DNA from: Diadema antillarum
Lineage: Eukaryota
NCBI RefSeq assembly: GCF_040938485.1
Contig: NW_027271855.1
Location: forward strand, 1,054,001 to 1,118,000
Direction of reading: 5' to 3'
Length of the DNA: 64,000 nt
The position numbers were made by a program, and so were the translations under genes. The notes under the pieces are model-generated. The model ran no database searches, was not told the origin of the DNA, and saw only the letters and a list, made by a program, of their open reading frames with translations. Shown one piece after another: positions 26,337 through 38,481 of the stretch. Within the stretch, counting starts at the first letter, position 1. Each line of letters begins with the position of its first letter.

Positions 26337-28852
26337 GATGTTCATGAATCTGACATTTTCTTCTACTTGATTATTATGAATGTGAGAAATTTGTGATTCA
26401 AGGCATCTGTGTGATATTGAGAAAAAATCTTGGAAATCTGTACATATAATTTACACTGTCCATGACAAAATAACATTAAAATCAAAGATGAATAAGTTAC
26501 CAGTCAAGTGCTTGTCATACAGAGAAAACATTTCTGGCATTCTCACCTTGCCCTTTCAGTCTGTCTAGAATGGAAAGACTTGTGCAGCCTCAAGATGAAA
26601 CCCTTGGCACAAAGCTCGTTGAAGAAGTTTATGCTTAATATTACTTTGACTCTGCAAGGTTAAATACAATGTCCATTTTAGGACATAATCTGGAGACTGG
26701 AAGAACTTAGCCAATTTAACTCACCATTTGTAAATGCCATCCCGGAGTCTTCTCTACATTTCTGCCTCCCTTTTTCTCGTTCTTGCAAACGAAGCCACAT
26801 AGTTGACAAATTTGCCAATAATTTGATGGGACCTATGCTCAGAGAATCTCGTCTCTTCTACTTAGAGTTTGTGCAGGGAAAGCAGGCTTCTTACATGCCT
26901 AAATTGGCGGTACATATGCAATGACAATTTTGTGATTTTTTCCTCCCATTTTGCTTCAAGGAAAACGTTAGAGGTTGGAGAGATGCGGCGTAATTAGAGT
27001 GTGGCATGGGATGGTGATTGTACGTTTACCTCTGCTTTGTGCGTTCTCACAGACGCAGATGGTAAGGTGATGTAATGGAGTTATGGCGTCTAACGAGCCT
27101 GATGCGTAGGCACGCAAAGCCACGCCAACGCTCTTCCCTGCCTTCTCTTGAGCTGCATAAAAGAGGGCTAGGTGTGCCCCAAATAGTGCATAATCTCAAT
27201 CTTCCCATTACTGCTAGTCTATCTTTGATGACTATCCTTACAATTTAATACAAACTTACAACTGCCTTCTTGCAACAAGGGAGATGAATAGTGGTAAAGT
27301 TTGTATCTGGTAGCAGGTATATATGCTCAGACAATTGTATTTGTGTGTTGGGGGGTAGGGAGTAGTTATAGTCTTGTCAGGACTGGTTGTATGAATGTGT
27401 ATGTATGACTATGTACAATGTATGTCTATATGACAGAGTTGGAAATATTGTTATTGTGTCTTACAACTCAAGACTAGCCAGTCATTTAGAATGTGACTGT
27501 GCCCATGAAACAGATGTGAAAGCAATTACAAGTCTTTTTTTTTTATGACAGCATCATGGTGATTCCTGATAGTATGAATGAAATTTTCATCATTCGCAAG
27601 TCAAGCTGGCATTTGCAACACTAGCCATCAAGGTACCTTGGCTGAGCCTCATGTGCTATGTTCAACAATCCCGCGAGGAATGCATGGCACATTTATTCAA
27701 ACTTATACTCATTCATAAAAACGGAAGCAGCACTCTTGACATTGTTTGATTTATTGATAATAAGACAAAATGGTAGGAAATGTTTGAGCGATAGGGAATG
27801 GGGGTAAACAAATTAATTCAATCAGTGTTAATGGGTTTACATTCTGCCCACGATTTCATTGATCTCAGTAGACAGTCATCCTCCCTCCATAACATGTGTA
27901 ATCTCACGTCAGCTGGAAATGAATGCCGGCAAGCTCTAAGAAGTTAGCCTACATCTGTGCACCTTTCAGACTGACTACATCATAATGTTTACCACTGAAC
28001 TCATTTTGATTCAAGGGGAAAATAATGCTAATCATTGAATTATAGCCATTGACTATAAGCACCTACTTTCAGGTTAAATATGACCCATTCACACGCAAGA
28101 ATTATGGGGTTTTTCATCACTGTACAAATATTGATTTTTACAGCGATTCATACATATCCGTGAAATACACATTAGGTTGCATCTGAAACACTTTAAAACT
28201 CTGAACTGGGCATGCCTAAACAATAAACGGAGCACATGACCCCAGCACTCCTCCCTTGACCTAATGTGGCGAGTTGCATCATGGGATTTAAAAAAAAAAA
28301 AAACTACTTTTTGTTGTGTGCCATTCACACCACTAAGCAAGGTAGATCATCCTGAAAAGGGAAGAAAAAGAACTTGGGATGGACTGATTTTAGTGCAATT
28401 GTTGGTTGTTGTTGGTGGTGGTGGTGGTTGTTTTTTTTTTTCTTTTTTTTTTTTTCATATGAAAGACAAGTATTTGCTGTTGCATCACACTCTCCCCGAG
28501 AGGAAAGTCAGTGTTGGAAGACTATAAATTTCAGGTGAATGTGAACAGGCCTGAAAGTTATGATGCCCCACAAAGATAACAGCCCCTGACCTGAGTCAGC
28601 TAGCCAGCAACATGCATGTACATCATCTTGGCAGTAAAAAAAAAAAAAAAAAAATGCAGTGGTAATGCAGAGTGTGTACATCAACACAGGGTGTCAAACA
28701 TGAGAATTCATCAGTGTTTCAGTGTTGATTACAAATGGGTGAGTCTTTTAGACCAGAGTCTCCCATTTAATTGATTCAACACTTAACTATTTGGAGTTTA
28801 AATGGAATTAGGAGGATAACTTTAGCTGGAATTATCAGTGCCATTTCATCAA

Positions 28853-29636
28853 TAGTTACGTTCAGACGGCAGGCCCTATAACCTCGAGGTTAGGAAACCT
28901 CGAGGTTTAGCTCTTGCCCCCTAACTACGACGTGTGTCCACACGACGAGTCTTAACCTCGAGGTTACGAAACCTCGAGGTTAAGCTTCTGCCCCTCGTAA
29001 CTACGAGTGGGTCCCACTCGATGTTAGAACCACATAACCGGAAGTTTCAGCCCACACTGCTAACTAGGCGTCTATTTATTCTTTTGTCCAACCCTGTCGG
29101 ACTCGCTTACAGGTACTCTTTTTCTCTGTCATGGTATGCAGAGATAGCACTGCACTGATGACTTTATTCCTTTATGAAGATATTCGTCGAAAACATTTTT
29201 TTAAGCGTCGGAGAAGAATATAGAATACAGTAGCGATCTAGTTCGACGTGTTCAGTTTCAGAGATCAAGCGCATGGGAAGAAAAGATGATGTTGTTGTGT
29301 CGTGCGTCATAGGTTTTTCACGTGTAGTGTATTTGTGGTGTACGTTTGGGAGGTTGACCCGGAAGCAGAGGGAAATTGTGGGGGCTGGAGTTTACGGCGA
29401 GGTGACTCTTAACTTCGAGTTCGTTGTTTTTTGTGTCCACACGGTGCTTAACTACGAGTGGGGACCCCCCGCGGCTCGTGGTTAGAGCGCTAACCATAAG
29501 ATTTCTCGTGGCTCGAAACATCGAGCAAACCTCGAGGTTTGCTAACTACGAGTGCGTCTTCACGGTCCCTAACTACAAGCTCTAACCTCGAAGTTTCCTA
29601 ACTTCGAGGTTAAGGGCTCCCGTCTGAACGTAACTA
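28853..29636 (+). mobile_element. MITE family B, longer copy
   Basis: 16-bp perfect TIR and repeated AACCTCGAGGTT palindromes in both subterminal regions. Flanked by TA (or AAT) duplications. Confidence 0.85.
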
Positions 29637-29790
29637 ATGTCTATAAATCACACAGGAGTAAATCAGACCATTCAGACCAGGGAGGTGATCACCTCCCTGT
29701 TCAGACCAAAGATTTCCAGTGGATGCAACCGCCTGATCTGAAAAGGGAATCACACAGGAAAATCTGTTTGTTTTGTTGTAGGGGCTCAAT

Positions 29791-30060
29791 NNNNNNNNNN
29801 NNNNNNNNNNNNNNNNNNNNNNNNNNNNNNNNNNNNNNNNNNNNNNNNNNNNNNNNNNNNNNNNNNNNNNNNNNNNNNNNNNNNNNNNNNNNNNNNNNNN
29901 NNNNNNNNNNNNNNNNNNNNNNNNNNNNNNNNNNNNNNNNNNNNNNNNNNNNNNNNNNNNNNNNNNNNNNNNNNNNNNNNNNNNNNNNNNNNNNNNNNNN
30001 NNNNNNNNNNNNNNNNNNNNNNNNNNNNNNNNNNNNNNNNNNNNNNNNNNNNNNNNNNNN
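29791..30060. other. Assembly gap (270 N)
   Basis: N run. Confidence 1.
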
Positions 30061-30117
30061 CGTTACTTTGTGCCTGCAGCATAATATTTAATAGTGTGAT
30101 TGCGACATGAAAAATCC

Positions 30118-30299
30118 TTAAAGGCATAGTTTACCATTTGCAGAAGAAACAAAAATCCAGCATTTGTCGTTTAAAATAGTTCCAAAAGGGATAGAAACAA
30201 CCACTTTAAAAATTTGAATCCGCATACTCAATGTTAAGTATCGTTAAATACACAAAATGTGAACAATAGTTATAATAAAATGTTCATATGAGTATTCTA

Positions 30300-30302
<3 letters not shown>
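30118..30302 (+). mobile_element. T2/Kolobok-like MITE family E, left part, truncated at the L2 tail
   Basis: TTAA|AGGCATAGTTTACCATTTGCAGA… is colinear with 37980 onward. Confidence 0.65.
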
Positions 30303-30340
<38 letters not shown>

Positions 30341-30780
30341 GTGGCTACTTGTATAGCGCACAGGTCCACTTTTCAGTGCTCATGGCGCTTCAAAAATGAA
30401 AAGATATCATATATTTACATGCATATACATATTCAAACATTTCAACAAAGAAGAAAATGGTAAACAAAAAAAAATATATATATAAAGAATACAACATATA
30501 CCAATTAAAAATACAATATTGATCCAATATTAATGGCATACAGCAATTACAGTCCTCGGTATGAAAGGAACAGATAAGTTTTAAGTTTGGATTTGAATGA
30601 CTCTGTAGATGACAGTTCCCTTAACTGAAGAGGTAACTGATTCCACAATTTTGGTCCCATAACGGAAAAAGCACGATCACCATACCCATGTTTTACTCTG
30701 GGTGTTTGGAGTAAGAATGTATCTGATGATGAACGTAGCCTTCGTGTCGGACTGTATTTTTGAACAGAATTACTTATGTA
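30303..30780 (-). mobile_element. 5'-truncated L2/CR1-group LINE: ORF2 C-terminus, 3'UTR and (TAT)n tail
   Basis: Minus frame 30780-30547 reads YISNSVQKYSPTRRLRSSSDTFLLQTPRVKHGYGDRAFSVMGPKLWNQLPLQLRELSSTESFKSKLKTYLF, the typical L2/CR1 C-terminal motif. Tail GCGCTATACAAGT…(TAT)n. Confidence 0.85.
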
Positions 30781-31581
30781 TAATCAATTAGATAATTAGA
30801 TAATCAATTGTAGACAAATCGACTTATGATCAGTGGTAAAATAAGATGAATTTTGTGAGGCAGTCATTTGTAAATGCCATCCAACATGAAAACCTGATCT
30901 ACCCATTTCATTGTTGTAAGCAAATAGCTGACCACTGTCTGTTTTATCTCATGCTTTTTTAGCTACAGTATATAGATAATTTTTTGTAGCAAATAAAGTT
31001 TTGTTTCCTACTCGCTATAAGTTTCTGATGTCATGTTCATGAGGTCCTCTCTGAAAGTTGTTGCCTTCTTTTTTTTAATTCCTGCCACTGTATTGCCAAG
31101 ATCAAACAAGTTATCACACTGATTAAAAAACAATGATGTGCATCTTTCCATATACACATTTACAACCAACTATACCTCTTGTTCTTGGTGTTGGGTCACT
31201 CTTAGGACCTAGCATCTAGTCTGTACTCACAGACCCCACTCTATGTTTACCATCACTTAAAATGTTTGATGTAAACTCCAAATTTATGGGTAGAGGATTT
31301 GGAGTTTGGAAACTAGTCACCATGTGTGTTTGATTAGTGTCCCTGGCACGTATTTACATTTATACAGACTGGTGTTGATTCTTGCACTCATTGTCTTATG
31401 TCACATAGCATTACTTGCATGTGTGAATAGCCACAAAGTCCACATTCTCATGATGGTTTGCTCTGACTGTTTCAGGTCACTGAACTGGATTGGCATCTTG
31501 AAGGCAGTCATCCTCCTTTCCACTTCCAAAATGAGTCATGCTCTTCATTGGAAGTATATCATATAGATAGAAAGAAGGGGC

Positions 31582-31679
31582 TTAACCCATTGAGGACGGA
31601 CTGATTTTGCTATAGACTGACACCCATTTCCCATAGACACCTGACCGAGTATTCTCAGGACTTGTCTTCAATGGGCTAA
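31582..31679 (-). mobile_element. piggyBac-like mini-MITE family G, copy 2
   Basis: TTAA|CCCATTGAGGACG…TCTTCAATGGG|CTAA; core is the reverse complement of copy 1. Confidence 0.75.
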
Positions 31680-33094
31680 TTGACGGATAGACAGAAACAC
31701 ATGTGTAAGGATTTATAATGTTTCTTGTAATATTCTCTTCTCTATGTGAAGAAACAAAACTTTCCCTTGTGCCCATCAGTAGTTTCTGGGAATCCAAATG
31801 ACTTTGAGAGGAGTTTTTGTATCATTTATGATACAAAAACTTTTATAATGATTTCATAATCACATTCTTTCCAAGGAGGAGGCATAGATCACTGAAATCA
31901 AACATTTATGGCAGGCAAGATCATTGAGATAAATTACAATCAAAAAGTCAAATTTTGGGTACTATTAAAATATTCTCTCAAATTATATCACATGAATAGT
32001 AATTTTAGTATCATTTGTTTGTAGCTGTGATAAAGATATTAACTGAACAAATCCATGTTAGAAGGAGGTATAAAATTGATTGAATGATGGTCTCATACTG
32101 TTCTGTATATCAAAGCAAACTTCATCTGAAAATCTCAAAGTGAAACAGAGCTCTCTAATTTGTTTCTCAAGTTCTCAACTTTTTCTTGTTTGGAAGTAGC
32201 TTTGAGCATGCATGTTTCAAGTTTCTGGATAGTAGAGCACAGATAAATGACTAAATAATAATATATAAAGAAAGTATTCACTTCCAGTGGCTTATCATTT
32301 TTATGTTATCGTCAAAAGCAGTCAACATAGTACCAATTTAGAATTACTCTGCTTTAATTGTTTTTCTACCTATCTGCAAAGTCTTTTGTTATGTATAATG
32401 TTTTTAAGATGGTATACTTTGTGGATCTTACACTTGAATGGTCAGAGTTCAGTTCATGTTTGTAAATTTCATGTTTAAGCCAGGTTGTGTAATATGAAGC
32501 GATGTTGCCCTGGATGCAATTATCAAACAACTGTCTATCTTCTCATATTTTCAGGAAACTGTCATTTTAAGTTCATTGGAATGAATTTCACTTGGCATGT
32601 TATTGTAGTATACCCTCAGAGAGAGAGAGAGAAAGAGACAGAGAGACAGACAGCCAGACAGAGAGAAAAAGGGATGAATGTTAGCATTTCTTTACAGTTC
32701 ATTTTGTTGTTTCATATTATTTACGATCATATTTTGCAATCTTTCAAATTGCCGGTGGGAATTCTGTAGATGTGGCATGAAAATGTAAAATTGATAGCTA
32801 CCTAAGTATTGAATTTCATCTTCATCCCTTTGGGCTTGTTTGCCTGCAATAAAAAGTACACATCGTATGCAGTTTGTCCAATGACATCATGTTGGTTTTT
32901 GAGGACTTCATGTTTCAGCCCTGACCTATCTAGTTGAAGTTTATGAATAATTGCTTCTATGTTTTTTTAATATTTTTTGTCCATTAATCCATTCCATTCT
33001 GAAGAAATATAAATTGAGGGCTGTCATTTGGGAAATGTTCCAGATGACACATCTTTCTTTGAAATATATTTATTTTATGTGATGCCATTAGAGT

Positions 33095-33128
<34 letters not shown>

Positions 33129-33346
33129 TACTTCCAGAGGACATGTAGCTTTCCAATGTCAGTAAACTTGCAAGTTACAGAACATCACAGAAATTTGAAG
33201 TAGCAATAAACAGTTATTGTAGATATGTGGCACTTAGTGCAAAAGTCCGGTGAGTAGCCCCAGAAATGTCAGGTAACTGAATTGTTTGTTTGCTTGTATA
33301 TGTTTGTTTGTTGTTGTTGTTTTTTCACATACAGTATCTGTGACAC

Positions 33347-33923
33347 TTAAAGGACAAGTTCACCTTCATAAACATAAGGATTGAGAAAATGCAACAATAT
33401 TAGTAGAACACATCAGTGAAAGTTTGAGGAAAATTGGACAATCGTTGCAAAAGTTATGAATTTTTTAAATTTTTGTGTTGGAACCGCTGGATGAGGAGAC
33501 TACTACAGCTTGTGAGTCATATGCGTACAACAGTATAAAGAAAATGTAAAAGAAAATTCAACGTATTCTCACTTTTTTCGCATAATAAAAGAGCACTTGA
33601 CTTGCCTCTTTCTAAAGGCAGGGGGAATAATATTACCCATAACATGTGTCGGTAACGAGTCAGGGGAATTTGTACTTTTTTCAAAAGATGGCATTTTGTG
33701 AAATTCTCTTTATATTTTCCTTATATTGTTGTACGCATGTGACATCTAAGTTATTCATACACTGCAGTAGTCTTCTCATCCAGCGGGTACTGCACAAAAA
33801 CTTGAAAAATTCATAACTTTTGAATGGATTGTCTGATTTTCCTCAAACTTTCAATGATGTGTTCTACTAATATGACTACATTCTCTCAATCCTTATGTTT
33901 ATGAAGGTGAACTTGTCCTTTAA
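33347..33923 (-). mobile_element. T2/Kolobok-like MITE family A, copy 3
   Basis: TTAA|AGGACAAGTTCACCTTCAT…ATGAAGGTGAACTTGTCCT|TTAA; same orientation as copy 2. Confidence 0.85.
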
Positions 33924-35985
33924 GGCTGAAGTTTTGTACTTGCAACAAAGCCTTTCAACTCAATTGTGAGTGTATTTAGCATAGCAAGGAACAGAAGAGA
34001 AATTGCCACTCAAAATGAATACAACGAATATAAGGATACTGACTTATCATAGACACTTTATGCCAGAAATACCTGCATGTTCTGTAGATATATATGCAAA
34101 TGCCCATTCACACTCTTGTGAATGTTAAATAAACAGTTATTCTGATTTCATATCAAAGCCATCATTTTCAAGACTAGTCAGTTTTTTTATAGTAGTTTCA
34201 TTCTATTTTGTTAGATATGGCAATTAGATTTTTAAATAATACCATTTTATCATAGTATTTTTATACATGATTACTGCGGGAGAAAATGTGAAAGGACATC
34301 GCTTTCTCAAGTTTCTGTAGCTGAATCTCATCAGCAAAGATGCATGAAAGAGGAAGCGGATTAGCCACAGTCACACAGACATGAAGAGATGGTAGAATAG
34401 AGATTAGGGCAGTTGAAAGGAATACTCCCTACAGTGAGCAAATGTCTTGGCAGTATTTTCTGAATATCAATCACTGTAGACCTCCCATACGCTCAAGGAC
34501 TGTCCATTGTTGCTACTTTCTGCTGGTACAAAATGCATTGTCACACCAAGAATAGATTACAAATGGAAGTAGGGAAATCTGGCCTCTGCCACTTTTTTAA
34601 CCTAGAAATCTTCAGTGTACCATGTAGCATTCTCAAAAGAGTACTCCTGTTTCCTCTCCTTTTTGTAAAGACCCAGGCAATTCAGATAATGATTTTTTTC
34701 TTTCTGTTTTTTTTTTTTTTTTGGGGGGGGGGATAACATAGTAAAAAAAAAATCAAATTATTGTTATTGAATTACAGAAGTTGAATTGAAGCAAGTGATC
34801 ACTGCAAATCTCAGCAAATGAGGACAGTTTTAACAACTGAAATGATTGTAGTTCTGTCTAGCATGCTGTATTGTCCCATGGGCCATTCAAATGACATATC
34901 CTGGTCATGTGCCTATACAGCTTTCACATTCTATTTAGTTAATGCTGGGCTCACAAACTCATTGAATCATGGTTTTTCTTAAATACTGTATAAGTCATAT
35001 ATGCCTATTTAATTAGCATATCATGGATTGGAAGAAAATGTCATGAGTGGTTTAATTTGCCATCAAAAACCATAGCAGTGCAAAGAGTGAAACATTTATT
35101 TGCAAGAAAAAAAAAAGCAAGAGATTTGACTGGATACAGAAAGTCAATAATGCATCATGTTGTTAATATATGGAATATCAATGTCTCCGAATTTATGAAA
35201 GTAAAACCACTGCGAAATTTATTTCATAATGATACAGTTTGTACAAAGTTTATGACTCTCCTGCTTGTAGGATATGAATTCACATATATGTGTTTTTTGT
35301 GTTTCAGTCATGGTTTGTAAGGACTTGCCATATAACTTTAATTTTGGAAGAGCATTGAAATTCTTCAGTGAATGAATGGGTCAAAGCCTGTATGACCAGG
35401 GAGGTTCAAGAGATGGAGTCACAACAGTCTTATTACCTTTGAATCCATTTTTGATGTCACCACTCAAGAATATTTGAGGTATGTGCCAAACTGGATCTGA
35501 TAGATAGAGATAGGAAGACAATTGATCAATGTCTCCTTGCATAATGACCAGCCACCGACTCTCTATAATATCATTAGATACCCAATTTTGTGTTAGAGTT
35601 CAACATTAATCTTCAGATTGCTCAGAAAGATGGTGGCTTCAAACCCCAATTATCAAAGGCACAAATATACCTGTGGAATTCTTTTGTGCATCCATATAAA
35701 ACTAACAGCTATTTGAATGATTAAAGTCAGTTAGAACTCCTGTTCTCGAACTTCCTTGGAATGACTACTGTGCAACTGTGTTTCCCAGGCCCAGATAATA
35801 TTTGTCAAATTACTTTTAAAACTGCATATGAAATTGAAAGTTATGGAAAGTGATATAGACTGAAATTTTCTAGTGTGGTCCATTGCATGTTTCATATTAC
35901 AAGAATATGACCCTGCTGCTAAATGTTGCTTCTTCATTAAGATTACTTTGAGGCCTTGTTGTATCATGTTTACATGTATGTCACC

Positions 35986-36376
35986 TTAAAGGGTGTGTAC
36001 AGTTCTGGTCGAGGTGAAGATTTAGCTTTTAATGTTTTGTGAGATATTTTGAAAGCACTCTATGAGATGTCAAAGAGCATGCGGTTCTAAGGGGTATCAA
36101 AAGTTTATTCGATGAAAATCAGTTTTGAAATGGCTGAGATATCCAAAAACAAGGTGAAACAAAGAGATACTAATAAAGTTGGGGCATGTCGCCTTTTATT
36201 ATTAGCACTTATTTGGATATCTCAGCCATTTGAAAACCAATTTTCATCAAATAAACGTTGAATCCTTCTTAAAATTACATGCTCTTTCATATTTCATAAG
36301 AGGCTTTTCATTATCTCACATAGGAATGTTCAAAACATGAATCCGTACCTCAACCAGTACTGTACAGTCCCTTTAA
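35986..36376. mobile_element. T2/Kolobok-like MITE family D
   Basis: TTAA|AGGGTGTGTACAGTTCTGGT…ACCAGTACTGTACAGTCCCT|TTAA; internal inverted repeat AAATGGCTGAGATATCCAAA / TTTGGATATCTCAGCCATTT. Confidence 0.8.
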
Positions 36377-37979
36377 ACCTTTAGTAATATGACTGTCTTC
36401 CCATATTTGCATCAGTGTTTCAAAATTTCAGTGAGCATTAATCCAGCAAAAGCTTCTTCTTAGTATAACATGTGTAAAGTGCATGATCTGTATGAAATTG
36501 TGTTACAGGCACAATATGTATGCAATGGAAGGAAATGAAAAGAAAATATTTGGACAACAACTTCCTGTAATTTCAGTTTCTCCTGGTTGGTAATATTCTT
36601 TTGTAATGAGGTATTCTTGTGCTATTGTGTGACTACTTACAGTGCAAACTTCGAGGGTGTGTTGTTCTACAAAAGAGCTATTGAATTATTACAATCATGG
36701 TGTCATGATGATTTAACAATTCTGCCCATACCAATTAGCCTGATTGATATTTGTGGCAGAATGCTTTGAAAGAGGACTTTTTACAAGTCTTGTAATTTGA
36801 AGTTAATTGTGGCCGAGGCTGCTGATTGATTGCTTCATTCAGAGTCGGAAATGCAACCTGAACTAACCCAGGGGGGACAAACTCCAATAGCTTGATCCAC
36901 CCTATGCAGCCCAACTTTTGACTTGTGATGGACATTGCACACCTCCAGCCAACCACAGATACTGGAAGTAACCAAACATCCCGTAGGGCGATAGCCCAAA
37001 ATGGCTGCCCCCGTAAATAGGGTTGGGTAGAAATGTGACATCGATCTGGTCATGGCTCTCTACAGGAAGCATGAGAGGTGTTCAGTTTAAAGAGTGTTAG
37101 AAACTTATTAGTTGGAACTGGAGTGCTACAAAAACCACTTGTCACACTTTTTGGCCCCTTCCATTCTTTGACCTGCCTCCCAATACCCTTTTCAATTGCT
37201 GACTTGCCTTCGACACAAAAACATGCTGGTGTTTGATTACCCATATTTGTAGTCTTGAAACCTGCCATGCAGCATGACAACTCTGAGAATAGGTGGGAGA
37301 AACTTTGTGCACAAGGCTGTTGGCATTTCATTTTTTTTTTCAAACGTTCTCTCCCAGCCTTCCTTTTTTAATGAGTTATATTTTTCTAGGGTTATAACCT
37401 CAGTCTACAAAGGAACTGGGAAAACCACAATTTCTGCAGATGGCATGCCTCTCCGATGATTCAGTCCCTCAGCAATAGGAAAAAGAGCAAAGTGTGTGAA
37501 CCCATGCAGAAATCATCCCTATAAAAGACTGCTTTAGACTTGTATTAACTACTCCCTCCATCAGACACAAATACAACACCCAAAATCGTCCAACATCAAA
37601 ATTCAAAACACTTCAACTACATATGGCTAAATACCTGGAAACGATTTCATTCATACCAAGGTTTTTTCATCCAGCCACAGCTTTGCAGGACTTTTAGCAA
37701 CATTGTAGAATTGGGGTCATGATAATGGTAAGTATGGGAAAGAACAACCTCTAAAGGAGAAGCTATTTCATATTTGTTGAAATTTTGATGTATTCATTAG
37801 TATATGGTCATGTTTGATTTATGAAGAGACAGGACACTGGAATTCACTCATGTTGTCTGAATTTTCCTCAAAAGTATCATCACTATTTAATTACAAATAT
37901 GAAGCTTTTCTACTGAAGATGTTTGAAAGATAAGAAAGTTGTGGATGCCATCAATGATTGTCAAGATTATGGTATTCAT

Positions 37980-38400
37980 TTAAAGCCATAATTTACCATT
38001 TGCAGATGAAACAAAAACCCAGCATTAGTGCTCAAAATAGTTCTAAAATGTGAGTTAGGGATAGAAACAACCAATGTAAAATTTTGAACCAGTATAATCG
38101 ATGTTAAGTATTGTTAAATATACAAAATAAACACAATAGTTATAATAAAAATGCTTCCAGACTAAACCGTCTACAGTTATGGTTTAATGAGAAAAATAGT
38201 GATATCTCCTTATATATTAGGCTTTATTGCAAAAATCTTATATGATAGGATGTTTTGTGATACAACTGACCTACACATATGCATCAAAAGTGACATCTTG
38301 AAAAACTTTTAAATCAGTGCTCCCAAAGGTAAACAGGACCTTTAAGTGCTGTAATGCCAACATACTTAAAAGTGATAATCATGAATAATTATTCTTAAAA
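37980..38400 (+). mobile_element. T2/Kolobok-like MITE family E, copy 2 (right end not located)
   Basis: TTAA|AGCCATAATTTACCATTTGCAGATGAAAC… is colinear with 30118-30300. Confidence 0.6.
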
Positions 38401-38481
38401 CAGCAGAAATAAAATGAAAATTAAAGGGGGTGCTTGCGCCCCCCTTTAATTTTCGATTGTAGTGGCTGAAGCTTTTTTTTT

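Noticed and set aside
29723-30127. ORFs spanning N runs (also 47586-48089)
   Set aside because: Artefacts of translating assembly gaps.
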